NCBI GenBank assembly: GCA_003131585.1
Contig: PKVW01000027.1
Location: 16,549-80,548, forward strand
Source of the DNA: Acidobacteriaceae bacterium
GTDB lineage: Bacteria > Acidobacteriota > Terriglobia > Terriglobales > Acidobacteriaceae
Direction: 5' to 3'
DNA length: 64,000 nucleotides
The stretch's first letter is position 1; every line of letters starts with the position of its first letter. The notes beneath the pieces were generated by a model. That model saw only the letters and a list, made by a program, of their open reading frames with translations, had not been told where the DNA came from and did not search any database. The position numbers were made by a program, and so were the translations under genes. Below, piece by piece: positions 1 to 9,604 of this stretch.

Positions 1-1350
1 CTGCCGATTCAAAAGCTGCCGCCCGGACACTTGCTCGAGTTCGAGGCAGGCCAGGTGCGCGTTCGGCAGTATTGGGACTTGCCGGAATATGGCACGCACC
101 AGCCCCGCAGCGAGGAGGAGTGTTTGGAGGAGCTGGAGTGGCGGCTGGCCGAAGCGGTGCGGATCCGGTTGATTTCCGATGTTCCCCTGGGCGCGTTGCT
201 GAGCGGAGGAACCGACTCTTCCACGATCGTCGCCTTGATGGCGAGGGCAAGCTCCAAACCGGTGAAGACTTTCTCGATTGGTTTCACGCACGATGATTTC
301 AATGAAGCTCACTATGCCCGGCTTGTCGCGAGACACTTCGGCACCGAGCACCACGAACTGGTGCTGGAGCCCGACGTTCTGGAAACGGTCGAGACGCTCA
401 CCAGTTCGCTCGAGGAACCGTTTGGAGACTCCTCGATGTTGCCGACCTACTACGTCTCCTGTATGGCGCGGAAGCATGTGACGGTGGCCTTGTCGGGCGA
501 CGGCGGGGATGAGATATTCGCGGGATACGACCGCTATGGAATTCATCTTCGCCGGCAGGCCTTCGAGCGAATTCCGTCTTGGGCGTGGCGTTTGTATCGG
601 GAGCAAGTTTATCCCCGGTTGCCGCGGAACATGCGCGGGAGGAAATTCTCGTACAACGTTTCCTTGCCCTGGCGGGAGCGTTATGTGGATGGTATTTCGT
701 TCGTCCCCTCGTTTGAACGAGACATGCCGCTCTTGTCCAACGAGTTCCGGGACGTTCTGCGGACGGGGGGCGACCCGGAGAACGTGATGTACCGGTATTT
801 CGATCGTGCCCCGGCGAAGGACTCGGTCAGCCAAATGTTGTATGTGGATACGAAAACCTACATGGTTGCCGACATCCTGACCAAGGTCGATCGCATGAGT
901 ATGGCGGCGTCGCTGGAGGTGCGAGTTCCCATTCTCGATCACTTGTTTGTGGAATGGGCCACCGGACTGCCCGCGGAGTGGAAACTGCGCGGCGGACAAC
1001 AGAAATACATTCTCCGCAAGCTGGCTGAGCGAGTCGGAGTACCACGCGAAGCGTTGTACCGGCCGAAGCAGGGCTTCGCCATGCCGTTGGTGCACTGGAT
1101 TCGCAATGAATTGAAGGACCTGATCATGACGGTTCTGCTGGAGCCTCGAACTCTGCAACGCGGGTACTTCAATCCAGAGGGCGTAAGGCGATTGCTCGAC
1201 GAGCACTTTCGGGAGCGCCGCGACCATTCTGGCCGAATCTGGCGCTTGCTGATCTTCGAACTGTGGCATCGCAACTTTCTGGAGAGAATCCGGACGAGTT
1301 GGGGCGCCGAGCCGTATCGCGTCACCGGTGCGGCTGGGAACCTCGGATGA
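1..1350 (+). CDS. Asparagine synthase (glutamine-hydrolysing) family amidotransferase, 5'-truncated by window edge
   Basis: Frame 1 is open from nt 1 (LPIQKLPPGH...). PP-loop motif LSGGTDSS. Collinear with the full-length paralog at 3692-5626 (YVDTKTYMVADILTKVDRMSMAASLEVRVPILDH vs YTDIKTYLVELLMKQDNMSMAASIESRVPFLDH). Stop TGA at 1348-1350. Confidence 0.9.
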   Translation: MPIQKLPPGHLLEFEAGQVRVRQYWDLPEYGTHQPRSEEECLEELEWRLAEAVRIRLISDVPLGALLSGGTDSSTIVALMARASSKPVKTFSIGFTHDDFNEAHYARLVARHFGTEHHELVLEPDVLETVETLTSSLEEPFGDSSMLPTYYVSCMARKHVTVALSGDGGDEIFAGYDRYGIHLRRQAFERIPSWAWRLYREQVYPRLPRNMRGRKFSYNVSLPWRERYVDGISFVPSFERDMPLLSNEFRDVLRTGGDPENVMYRYFDRAPAKDSVSQMLYVDTKTYMVADILTKVDRMSMAASLEVRVPILDHLFVEWATGLPAEWKLRGGQQKYILRKLAERVGVPREALYRPKQGFAMPLVHWIRNELKDLIMTVLLEPRTLQRGYFNPEGVRRLLDEHFRERRDHSGRIWRLLIFELWHRNFLERIRTSWGAEPYRVTGAAGNLG

Positions 1351-3695
1351 GTTCGCCGACAGACAGCGGAACCAAGCCGGAACCGGATCAACCAGCAGCC
1401 ACGCAAACAAACGGTCCATCCCCTTCCGGTTCTCCTGGCGCCATCTTTCTCCTGATCAACAGCCTGGAGACGGGAGGCACGGAACGTCAATTCGTAGAAA
1501 TTGCGCGGTCGTTGAAGGCCGCTGGTTTTGAAGTACATCTGGGTTGTTTACAAAAAAAAGGTCCCTTCCTGGAGGGTCTGGGCGATCTCCATCTGTCCGA
1601 ACTCGGGGGGAGCCTCTACGGCCTGCAGTCGGTGCGAAGCCGCTGGCAGTTGATGCGCCATTTGCGAGAAAAGAACGTCGCGGTGGCTCATGCATTCGAC
1701 TTCTACACGAATTTGATGTTGATCCCGGCCGCGAAACTAGCTCGGATTCCGGTGCTGATCGGCAGTCATCGTCAACTCGGGGATCTGCTTACTCCCGCCC
1801 AGTTCCGCGCCCAGTTGGCGATGTTTCGCTGGTGCGATCGAGTGGTGTGCAACTCCCGTGCGGCGGCGAATCGACTCCGGCAGGCCGGCCTGCCGGAACG
1901 CAAATTAGTTGTCGTGGGCAACGGCTTGCCGCCGCAGGCCTTTGCGGAAACGGCCCCTGCGCTCCCTCGACTGGAGGGCATTCTTCGAGTCGGAATAATC
2001 GCTCGCATGAATGCGGCCTATAAAAACCACCGCACGTTTCTCCGAGCGGCAGCACTCCTGTACCGGAGATTCTCCAAAGTGGAATTCGTTCTTGTGGGTG
2101 ATGGTGCTCTACGCCAGGAGCTTGAACGCGACGCTGCAGAACTTGGTCTGCAAGATCACGTTCGTTTCCTGGGGGATCGCCGCGACATACCCGCGATCCT
2201 GGCCAGCATCGATGTGTCGGTGGTACCGTCCGCTTCCGAAAGCCTGTCGAATGTCATTCTGGAATCCATGGCTGCCGGCGTCGCTGTCGTGGCCTCTGCG
2301 GTTGGGGGAAACAGTGAACTCGGCGGCGACGGACGAGCGCTGCTGGTTCCCCCGAACGACGAAGAGGCTCTCGCGGCCGGTTTGGAGCGGCTGCTGACGG
2401 ATGCGGAGTTTCGATCCGCAATGTCTCGGAAAGCACGGAAATTCGCGCAGTCGAACTTCAGCATGGAGCGAGTGCGCCGGCAATATAGCGAACTCTATGC
2501 CGAGGTGCTTGCCAGCCGAGGCAAGAGCGCCGGACTAAGGCGCAAGGCGGGGTCGGAGTCCGATACAGGTTCCCGCATTCGCGTTGCTTTAGTCGCTCCC
2601 AGTTTGCGATACGTCGGCGGCCAGGCGGTACAAGCTGACCTGTTAATGCGAAATTGGAAAGAGGATTCGGACGTGGAAGTTAGTTTCGTTCCCGTGGATC
2701 CCAGCCCGCCTCACGGGCTCGGTTGGGTGGAGCGAGTTCCTCTATTGCGCACAATTCTCCGCGAGCCGCGGTACATTCTGGCGCTTTGGCAGGCCTTGAA
2801 AGGCGTGGATGTGGTCCACATATTTTCCGCCTCTTACTCCTCCTTTCTGCTGGCGCCGCTTCCGGCGTGGTTGATTGCACGTCTATGCGGGAAGAGGATG
2901 CTGATCAACTACCGAAGCGGAGAATGCCGGGACCATCTGCGCCGGTCCTACGTTGCGCGCCGCGTGCTGAAGGCAACCGATCGATTGGTGGTTCCGTCTG
3001 GATATCTGGTCGACGTCCTTGGGGAGTTCGGGCTGGCGGCCCAAGCGATCCCAAACATCGTGGATGGATCGCAATTCTCGTTTCGAGTGCGGCGGCCACT
3101 GCGTCCTCACCTGCTATGCACGCGAGGCTTTCATCCCTACTATTGCGTTGACGTGGTGGTACGGGCGTTTGCTGAAGTACAAAAGACGTTTCCCGAGGCG
3201 CGCCTCGACGTGGTCGGCGGCGGGCCGCTCGAGGGAGAGATTCGAAATCTGGTGCGGGCGATGAAGCTGACGGGAATCGACTTCAAAGGTGTTGCCGCGC
3301 GCAGTGAGATTGGGCGCTTCTACGACCAAGCCGACATCTTCATCAATGCCTCCCGCCTCGACAACATGCCAGTCTCAGTGTTGGAGGCGTTCGCTTCAGG
3401 AATGCCTGTTGTCAGCACGGAGCCGGAAGGGATGCGTTACCTCGTTGAGCACGGACGTACCGGCTTGCTTTCGGCGCCGGGAGACGTGGCAGCACTGGCG
3501 CAGAATGTAATTCGGCTTTTGCAAGAACCCGAGTTGGCGGACCGCCTGGTTGCGAACGCCCGGCAGGAGTTCCAGCGCTACGCCTGGTCCGTCGTGCGGG
3601 CACAGTGGTTGGAGGTCTATCGAGCCTTGGCCTCCGGCGAGACGAAAGCGGCGCGGGAGTTTGCTTCCGGCGGTACGGATTCCTCCGAACGTTAA
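1347..3695 (+). CDS. Fused tandem glycosyltransferase (two complete GT4/GT-B modules in one 782-aa protein)
   Basis: ATG 1347 overlaps the upstream stop (ATGA). The first module ends around ...YSELYAEVL and carries the EX7E-type motif ESLSNVILESMAAG. The second module starts after the linker RGKSAGLRRKAGSESDTGS and carries DNMPVSVLEAFASGMP. There is no in-frame stop between the halves. The ORF-track start at 1263 is an upstream extension lying inside the previous gene. Confidence 0.85.
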   Translation: MSSPTDSGTKPEPDQPAATQTNGPSPSGSPGAIFLLINSLETGGTERQFVEIARSLKAAGFEVHLGCLQKKGPFLEGLGDLHLSELGGSLYGLQSVRSRWQLMRHLREKNVAVAHAFDFYTNLMLIPAAKLARIPVLIGSHRQLGDLLTPAQFRAQLAMFRWCDRVVCNSRAAANRLRQAGLPERKLVVVGNGLPPQAFAETAPALPRLEGILRVGIIARMNAAYKNHRTFLRAAALLYRRFSKVEFVLVGDGALRQELERDAAELGLQDHVRFLGDRRDIPAILASIDVSVVPSASESLSNVILESMAAGVAVVASAVGGNSELGGDGRALLVPPNDEEALAAGLERLLTDAEFRSAMSRKARKFAQSNFSMERVRRQYSELYAEVLASRGKSAGLRRKAGSESDTGSRIRVALVAPSLRYVGGQAVQADLLMRNWKEDSDVEVSFVPVDPSPPHGLGWVERVPLLRTILREPRYILALWQALKGVDVVHIFSASYSSFLLAPLPAWLIARLCGKRMLINYRSGECRDHLRRSYVARRVLKATDRLVVPSGYLVDVLGEFGLAAQAIPNIVDGSQFSFRVRRPLRPHLLCTRGFHPYYCVDVVVRAFAEVQKTFPEARLDVVGGGPLEGEIRNLVRAMKLTGIDFKGVAARSEIGRFYDQADIFINASRLDNMPVSVLEAFASGMPVVSTEPEGMRYLVEHGRTGLLSAPGDVAALAQNVIRLLQEPELADRLVANARQEFQRYAWSVVRAQWLEVYRALASGETKAAREFASGGTDSSER

Positions 3696-5626
3696 TCCGC
3701 TGTGGCAAGAACCGGCTTGTGATCTTCCTGTTCCAGGCAGACTCTGTGCCACAACTCCAGATTCAGCAGGCGCCAGATGCGGTCGTAATGATCGCGATAC
3801 CCTGACCGATGCTCCTGGAATAAGCGTTCCACGGCGGAACGCTGGAACAACTCCCGCTCCATGCTCCGCGGTTCCAGAAGCAGCTTGCGAATCGCGTCCA
3901 ACTGCGGTCCCGCCAGCCAGCGGCTCCAGGGCGTGGGGAAGCCCAATTTCGGGCGGTAAAGGATGGAATGAGGCAGCAGATCTTCGACGGCTTTTTTCAG
4001 AATGCGCTTGCCCGCGAATCCGCCGAGCTGCAGATTCTGCGGGATATTCGTGGCAAATTCCACCAGGGGATGGTCGAGGAAGGGAACCCGGCTCTCGATC
4101 GAGGCGGCCATGCTCATGTTGTCCTGCTTCATCAGCAGTTCCACCAGATAAGTCTTGATGTCGGTGTAGAGAAGACGCTGTAGCATCTCGCCAGAGGAAT
4201 GTTCCCAGTATTCCAGTACGTGGCGATAGGCCGCTCCCGCTGCGCAATCCTTGAGGACTTCGTCGGTGAGTAATCCGGCTTGATCGCCCTCGCTGAATGC
4301 GGAGAAAAAATTATCGAAATAGAAAGAAGCCCACGAGCTGCCGTTGCGGGCCAGGAAGGTGTGGGACAGCTTGCGCCGGACCGTGGCGTTGATCCAAGTG
4401 GAATCGGCGATGGAGCCCCGAATGGCGCCGCGAACCGCACCGGGGATCATGCGCCGATAGACGCGGTCCCAGGCCGCATTCTTCAGAGTGAAGGCATATC
4501 GAGTATAACCGGCCAGCGTTTCGTCGGCTCCTTCGCCGGTCAGCACGACTTTCACCCGCTGGTGTGCCAGTTGAGCCACGAAATAGAGAGGCACGCTGGA
4601 GGGCCAGACAATGGGCTCGTCCTCGTGCCAGATAAGATGCGGCAGGCTCTCGAAGAAATCCTGCTGGCTGACGAGAACTTCATGATGAACCGAGTTGAGA
4701 TGCTTGGCGACAATGCGGGCGTAGGGCAGCTCGCTGTATGCGTCTTCGGCGTAGCCCACCGAAAAAGTCTCGACCGGTGCGCGGCGGATCTTTGTCATTA
4801 ACGCGGCCACCGCGCTGGAATCCACTCCGCCGCTGAGAAAGACGCCGAGCGGCACATCGCTCATCAAGTGACTGCTCACCGCTTGCTCCAGCATTCCCCG
4901 ATAAGTGTGGACGTAGTAACTCTCAGGCTGGGCGCGCTCCCTTTGCGTTACGGGCAGATCCCAGTAGCGCTCGATCCTGACTTGTCCGCCCGGGTCAACC
5001 TCCATCCAGTGACCCGGCATCAGCTTGCGAATTCCGCTATAGAAGGTTTGCTCGCCGGAGAGATATCCGAACGCCAGATATTCGGGAAGGACGGCGCGGT
5101 CAAGCCGCGCGCCGGTTCCGAGGCCGGCGAGAATCACTTTGATCTCTGAGCCGAAAACTATTTGCTGGGATGTTAAGTGGTAATAAAGGGGCTTGATTCC
5201 CAGCCGGTCGCGCGCGATGAAGAGGCGTTGACGGCGGGCGTCCCAGATGGCGAAGGCAAACATGCCGCGCAGGTGTTGCACGCAGTCCGGCCCATATTCT
5301 TCGTAAAGATGAACGATGGTTTCCGTGTCGCTTTGGGTACGGTATTGGTGACCAAGCGACTGCAACTTCTCGCGCAAGGCGGCATGGTTATAGATTTCAC
5401 CGTTGAAAACAATCCAGACTGTACCGTCTTCGTTGCTGAGGGGCTGGTGTCCGGTTGCCAGATCCACGATGCTGAGGCGCCGCATGCCGAGCCCGACGGA
5501 ACCGGCGGTGTAGATTCCCTCGTCGTCCGGCCCGCGATGGACCATGGCAGCGCACATCTGCCGGAGAGTCTCAGGCTCAACCCTCGCACCGTCCTTGAAC
5601 TGCATGATTCCGGTGATGCCGCACAT
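3692..5626 (-). CDS. Asparagine synthase (glutamine-hydrolysing) family amidotransferase, full length
   Basis: N-terminal MCGI (Cys2 Ntn-glutaminase nucleophile), PP-loop FLSGGVDSS, 644 aa. Its 3' end overlaps the convergent GT gene by 4 nt. Confidence 0.9.
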   Translation of the reverse strand: MCGITGIMQFKDGARVEPETLRQMCAAMVHRGPDDEGIYTAGSVGLGMRRLSIVDLATGHQPLSNEDGTVWIVFNGEIYNHAALREKLQSLGHQYRTQSDTETIVHLYEEYGPDCVQHLRGMFAFAIWDARRQRLFIARDRLGIKPLYYHLTSQQIVFGSEIKVILAGLGTGARLDRAVLPEYLAFGYLSGEQTFYSGIRKLMPGHWMEVDPGGQVRIERYWDLPVTQRERAQPESYYVHTYRGMLEQAVSSHLMSDVPLGVFLSGGVDSSAVAALMTKIRRAPVETFSVGYAEDAYSELPYARIVAKHLNSVHHEVLVSQQDFFESLPHLIWHEDEPIVWPSSVPLYFVAQLAHQRVKVVLTGEGADETLAGYTRYAFTLKNAAWDRVYRRMIPGAVRGAIRGSIADSTWINATVRRKLSHTFLARNGSSWASFYFDNFFSAFSEGDQAGLLTDEVLKDCAAGAAYRHVLEYWEHSSGEMLQRLLYTDIKTYLVELLMKQDNMSMAASIESRVPFLDHPLVEFATNIPQNLQLGGFAGKRILKKAVEDLLPHSILYRPKLGFPTPWSRWLAGPQLDAIRKLLLEPRSMERELFQRSAVERLFQEHRSGYRDHYDRIWRLLNLELWHRVCLEQEDHKPVLATAD

Positions 5627-5673
5627 TTGCTTTGGCTTCCTCTATTCGGCGAAATTCGTCCTGCCACGCGAGC

Positions 5674-8061
5674 TCAAAACACGATGTCTGAAGCGAGTGC
5701 ACTGCTGGAAAAAAAACGGGCGGGCGCCTCATCGGAGCCGGCCAGTTGAGGCTCACCCTCCCGGTGTGTCCACTCCAACCATTGCAGAGTGGCGTCGTGC
5801 GAGATCAGGGGCTCGCCCCGGAGTTGTGCGAAACTTCCCTCGCAAAACACTACATGGTCCACTCGCCGATCCTTAACACGAAAATAGAGGAACGTCGCGT
5901 CACTCGTCCAGGGGCCAAAATTCCATACCGCTTTCTGCGCTTGACGAAAAATCATGCCGTGCGTGGCACGGCCGTGCTCGTACCGGTAAGCCGCTTCCGG
6001 CGCGGCAGCATCGCCGCGTCGGCGGTCGTCGCGGAAGAACTCACCAGCTTCTTCCATGCCGCCGACCGCGGGGATTAGCAGCACAGCATGTTCTGCCGGA
6101 AGTCCAACCCGAGCGCTGCAGCGCACGACGGGCGCACTCAGCTTTGCACCGTAGGCTGGAGACACAGGCTCCGAGAGCAGTTCGGATTTCCATCGCGGAT
6201 CGGCGGCTGGAAGAAGGGTGAGATGATTCGATCCATCAGGGCGGTCCGGTTGGTCTTGTACCGGAGCGGCAACAAAACCGTTCCCACGATTGGAGACTTT
6301 AAGGTCCGGCGCAAAGTGCCAGGAGGTCTCGAGAAGATGCGAGCCGTCTCCCTCGGCCGCATCGCGGACCAGCCAGAAGCTGCCATGCAAGTGAAACACA
6401 AAACGCCGGTGGCGCACGGGTTCGGGGAGCCGTTCGTATCCGGAATGCGATCCTGCAAACAGGGTAAAAGTCGCGCCCGGGATCCACAGGTCTGTCTGAG
6501 TCTCGGGGATCGAACTCCAGGCGAACGGTCCCGCGGGCTGTGCCTGATCGAGGCCGTCAACCGCCAGCGTATTGTGAGCGCGCGTACCGCGAAATGTATT
6601 CCGCTCGTCGCCGGGACCGATGTAGCAGAAGGTTCCTGCATCGACCAGCCAGGAGCGGCCGCAGAAGGCTAGTTTGACGCTCAATGCGTCGGCGTGGCCA
6701 TGGCCGCTCCGTCCAGTCCCTTGAGGCCCGGCATCGATGACCATTTGTTGAGGAAAGGGCTCGGAACTTCCCGCGATGTAAATTCCGCCATCTCGGAAGG
6801 CCTGAGATTCCGGCTTGGGACGTGGGTCGGATGTTTGGGTGGCGCAAGACAACGCCTGTTCGCCGAACAACCAGATCGCTTCCTCGGTCAAGGGCGCGCT
6901 GGCGTGGAGGCTTTCGTCGTGAAAAAGCGCAGCTCCGATCGCCAGCGGATCCGTCATGTGTTCGGCGCGGTTGCGTCCGGGGTTGAAGACTCTTCCTCCA
7001 TCGTCATCGCCGAAGCCGTCGGGCGTGCCGGTTTGAGCTAGAGCTTGGATGACAGCCAGCATCTTTCTGATGACCAGATCGAATCCAGATGGAATCTTCA
7101 CCGCATTTCGCGAGGCGAGCAAGCGCGTGTGCAGGAAGAAATCAACGGCGTAGACGTGGTAATACAACGATTGCTCGAAATATACGCCGTCGGGCCGCAC
7201 CTGCCGCCGGACTTCTTCCTGGACGATTCTCCAGCCGTTCTTCTTCCAGTCGCCGGCCGAGGAAATTTGAGGACAAAGCGTTCCGATAAAGAAAAGCGCG
7301 ACCGCCTCCCCCAGCAGATGCGTGTTGGGAGAGAAGTAAGTGGATAGATATCGTTCGATATGGCGGCCGCTCAACGCCAATGCGCGCACCAGATCCTGCT
7401 GGAAGCTGGCGGGGACAAGGGGACACTCCGCCAACAGGTGGCGCAGCCAAATCCAGGAAAGACTGCGGAATGCGACCTCGAGGCTGCTGGCCCAGTTCGC
7501 GCCCAGCGGATAAGGATTCGCACGTTGCCACGAATACCATTGCGCGAGAAGTTCCCGCGCATAGGCTTCTTCGTTGGTGAGCAGCCAGGCCTTCGCCAGA
7601 GTGACTAGGTGCTGATGACGGCTCAACTCCCATATGACCTTGTGATCGCCGACCTCGGCAAAATCGAGAAAGTCGATCTTGAACCACGGTATGAGAGGGG
7701 AGCGCGAACCATGTACGGCGTCGAGATGCCAGTCGATTTCGGCGCCGTAGTCGAGGTCCCGGTATCCCAGGAGTCGAAAACTGTGGCGGCAAATCTCGTT
7801 CGCTTCCGTCACTATTGCCTGCGCCTCGTGAGGCAGATGTTCTCGCAGGAGGCTAACGCGCTTGGGAAGTTCATCCGTTGAGAAGAAAAATGTCCCTGGA
7901 GATCCGGAGGAGTTACGCAGTCCGTTCCGGCCCGGTTGCAGCCCGATTCCGCACAAAGTGGCGTCCAGCCGCTTGGAAACTTCCTGGCGCACGCGAGTCT
8001 CAAGTTCGTCCCAACTTATGTGGGACAAACGAGACCAGAGTCTTCGTCCGGTGAGAGGCAC
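5674..8061 (-). CDS. Heparinase II/III-like family protein (alginate-lyase-like N-domain plus Hepar_II_III C-domain)
   Basis: 795 aa. Signature-like stretch GHGHADALSVKLAFCGRSWLVDAGTFCY...FRGTRAHNTLAVDG. Helical N-terminal part (HKVIWELSRHQHLVTLAKAW). Only 47 nt upstream of the asnB-like gene on the same strand. Confidence 0.8.
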   Translation of the reverse strand: MPLTGRRLWSRLSHISWDELETRVRQEVSKRLDATLCGIGLQPGRNGLRNSSGSPGTFFFSTDELPKRVSLLREHLPHEAQAIVTEANEICRHSFRLLGYRDLDYGAEIDWHLDAVHGSRSPLIPWFKIDFLDFAEVGDHKVIWELSRHQHLVTLAKAWLLTNEEAYARELLAQWYSWQRANPYPLGANWASSLEVAFRSLSWIWLRHLLAECPLVPASFQQDLVRALALSGRHIERYLSTYFSPNTHLLGEAVALFFIGTLCPQISSAGDWKKNGWRIVQEEVRRQVRPDGVYFEQSLYYHVYAVDFFLHTRLLASRNAVKIPSGFDLVIRKMLAVIQALAQTGTPDGFGDDDGGRVFNPGRNRAEHMTDPLAIGAALFHDESLHASAPLTEEAIWLFGEQALSCATQTSDPRPKPESQAFRDGGIYIAGSSEPFPQQMVIDAGPQGTGRSGHGHADALSVKLAFCGRSWLVDAGTFCYIGPGDERNTFRGTRAHNTLAVDGLDQAQPAGPFAWSSIPETQTDLWIPGATFTLFAGSHSGYERLPEPVRHRRFVFHLHGSFWLVRDAAEGDGSHLLETSWHFAPDLKVSNRGNGFVAAPVQDQPDRPDGSNHLTLLPAADPRWKSELLSEPVSPAYGAKLSAPVVRCSARVGLPAEHAVLLIPAVGGMEEAGEFFRDDRRRGDAAAPEAAYRYEHGRATHGMIFRQAQKAVWNFGPWTSDATFLYFRVKDRRVDHVVFCEGSFAQLRGEPLISHDATLQWLEWTHREGEPQLAGSDEAPARFFSSSALASDIVF

Positions 8062-8194
8062 AACCAGAGTTTATCCTCAAGTTCTCGGTATACTCCAATC
8101 TGAGTAGAAGAAGATTGTCGATGAGCGAAAACTTAGGTCACCTTCGAAGCGGTTAAAGAACTGGCATACTAGAAGGTAGCCTTCCTAGGGAGCG

Positions 8195-9532
8195 TTGAGG
8201 AGCCAGAGAGTGAGTCTGTCGATCAGTGTGTTTGGCATGGGCTATGTGGGATCGGTCACAGCCGCATGCTTCGCTCACGTGGGCCACCGGGTAACCGGGG
8301 TAGACGTTAGCCCCGCCAAAGTGGAGATGTTGACGGCAGGGCGCAGTCCTATCGTAGAAGCCCGCATGAGCGAGCTGGTGGAAGCGGGGCATCGGGCCGG
8401 GATGCTTCATGCCACTACCGACGCGGTGGAGGCGGTTCGCAATTCGGAGATTTCCTTTGTCTGCGTGGGCACTCCGAGTTTGCGCAGCGGAAAGCTCGAT
8501 CTGGGCTATGTGGAGCGGGTGGTTCATGAAATCGGCGCCGCTCTCAGGCAGAAGAACTCCCATCACGTGATTGTGCTGCGGAGTACGGTTTTGCCTGGCA
8601 CGACGGAGTCGTTGGTCATTCCGACTCTGGAGAAGGCCAGCGGCCGTCGCGCGGGGACGGACTTCGCTGTGTGCTATAACCCCGAATTTATGCGTGAAGG
8701 CAGCGCCGTCGCTGATTTTCTTCAGCCCCCTTACACCGTGCTCGGCGCGCCGGACCCGAAACATCTCGCCGTGGCGCGGCAGCTATATGCAACCATTCCC
8801 GGCCTCGTCTTCGAAACCAGCATTCCCGTGGCGGAAATGGTGAAATACGTATGCAACGCATTCCACGCAGTGAAGGTCGGTTTCGCGAACGAGGTGGGGA
8901 CGCTGTGCAAGACTCTTGGAGTCGACACGGAGGCGGTCACGAAGATCTACACCTCGGATACGAAGCTAAATATTTCTCCTGCCTACCTCTCGCCGGGTTT
9001 CGCTTTTGGCGGATCTTGCCTGCCGAAGGATTTGCGTGCGCTCGGTCATCGCGCGAAAGAACTCGATCTGGGCCTGCCTCTTCTGGAGTCGGTTTTACCC
9101 AGCAACGCGCTGCATATCGATCGGGCGGTTGAGGCCGTACTGCGGACAAACAAAAAGAAGATTGCGTTTCTGGGGTTAAGCTTCAAGTCCGGGACCGACG
9201 ACCTCCGGGAGAGTCCCCAAGTGCAGATGATAAAACGGCTCTTGGGGGAAGGCAGGCTGGTGCGGGTGTGGGATCGAGACGTGTCACTGGGGAGGTTGGC
9301 TGGCTCGAACCGCCAGTATATTGAGGAAGTCATTCCCCATATTGGTTCTTTGCTTTCCGCCGATCTTGAAGAAGTGGTGCGAAGCGGAGAGGTTGTCGTC
9401 ATCGCCACCAAGATCGAGAAAGACCACCTGGCCCGCTGCCTGGGTCATGAGCAGATTGTGATCGATCTCATCAATCTGGAATCGGCTTCCCGCCCCCGCA
9501 CGACCGCGTCCTATCAGGGGATTTGCTGGTAG
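8195..9532 (+). CDS. algD: GDP-mannose 6-dehydrogenase-like (UDP-glucose/GDP-mannose dehydrogenase family)
   Basis: Rossmann N-terminus FGMGYVGSVTAACF, catalytic-Cys motif GFAFGGSCLPKDLRAL, GLSFKSGTDDLRESP. By recollection it is collinear with P. aeruginosa AlgD end to end, including the C-terminal ...GICW. The ORF-track start is TTG 8195. GTG 8210 (VSLSISVFG) is equally plausible. Confidence 0.75.
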   Translation: MRSQRVSLSISVFGMGYVGSVTAACFAHVGHRVTGVDVSPAKVEMLTAGRSPIVEARMSELVEAGHRAGMLHATTDAVEAVRNSEISFVCVGTPSLRSGKLDLGYVERVVHEIGAALRQKNSHHVIVLRSTVLPGTTESLVIPTLEKASGRRAGTDFAVCYNPEFMREGSAVADFLQPPYTVLGAPDPKHLAVARQLYATIPGLVFETSIPVAEMVKYVCNAFHAVKVGFANEVGTLCKTLGVDTEAVTKIYTSDTKLNISPAYLSPGFAFGGSCLPKDLRALGHRAKELDLGLPLLESVLPSNALHIDRAVEAVLRTNKKKIAFLGLSFKSGTDDLRESPQVQMIKRLLGEGRLVRVWDRDVSLGRLAGSNRQYIEEVIPHIGSLLSADLEEVVRSGEVVVIATKIEKDHLARCLGHEQIVIDLINLESASRPRTTASYQGICW

Positions 9533-9604
9533 GAATGATTTCCGTGCGGCTTTCAGAGGGAAGTTTACCGCAAACGATCGACGAATGATCACCATCTGGA
9601 ATCC

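Noticed and set aside
1263-1346. Upstream start (1263) for the fused glycosyltransferase
   Set aside because: It would overlap the asparagine-synthase gene by 88 nt. ATG 1347 forms the common ATGA stop/start overlap, and the residues before it are not part of the GT fold.
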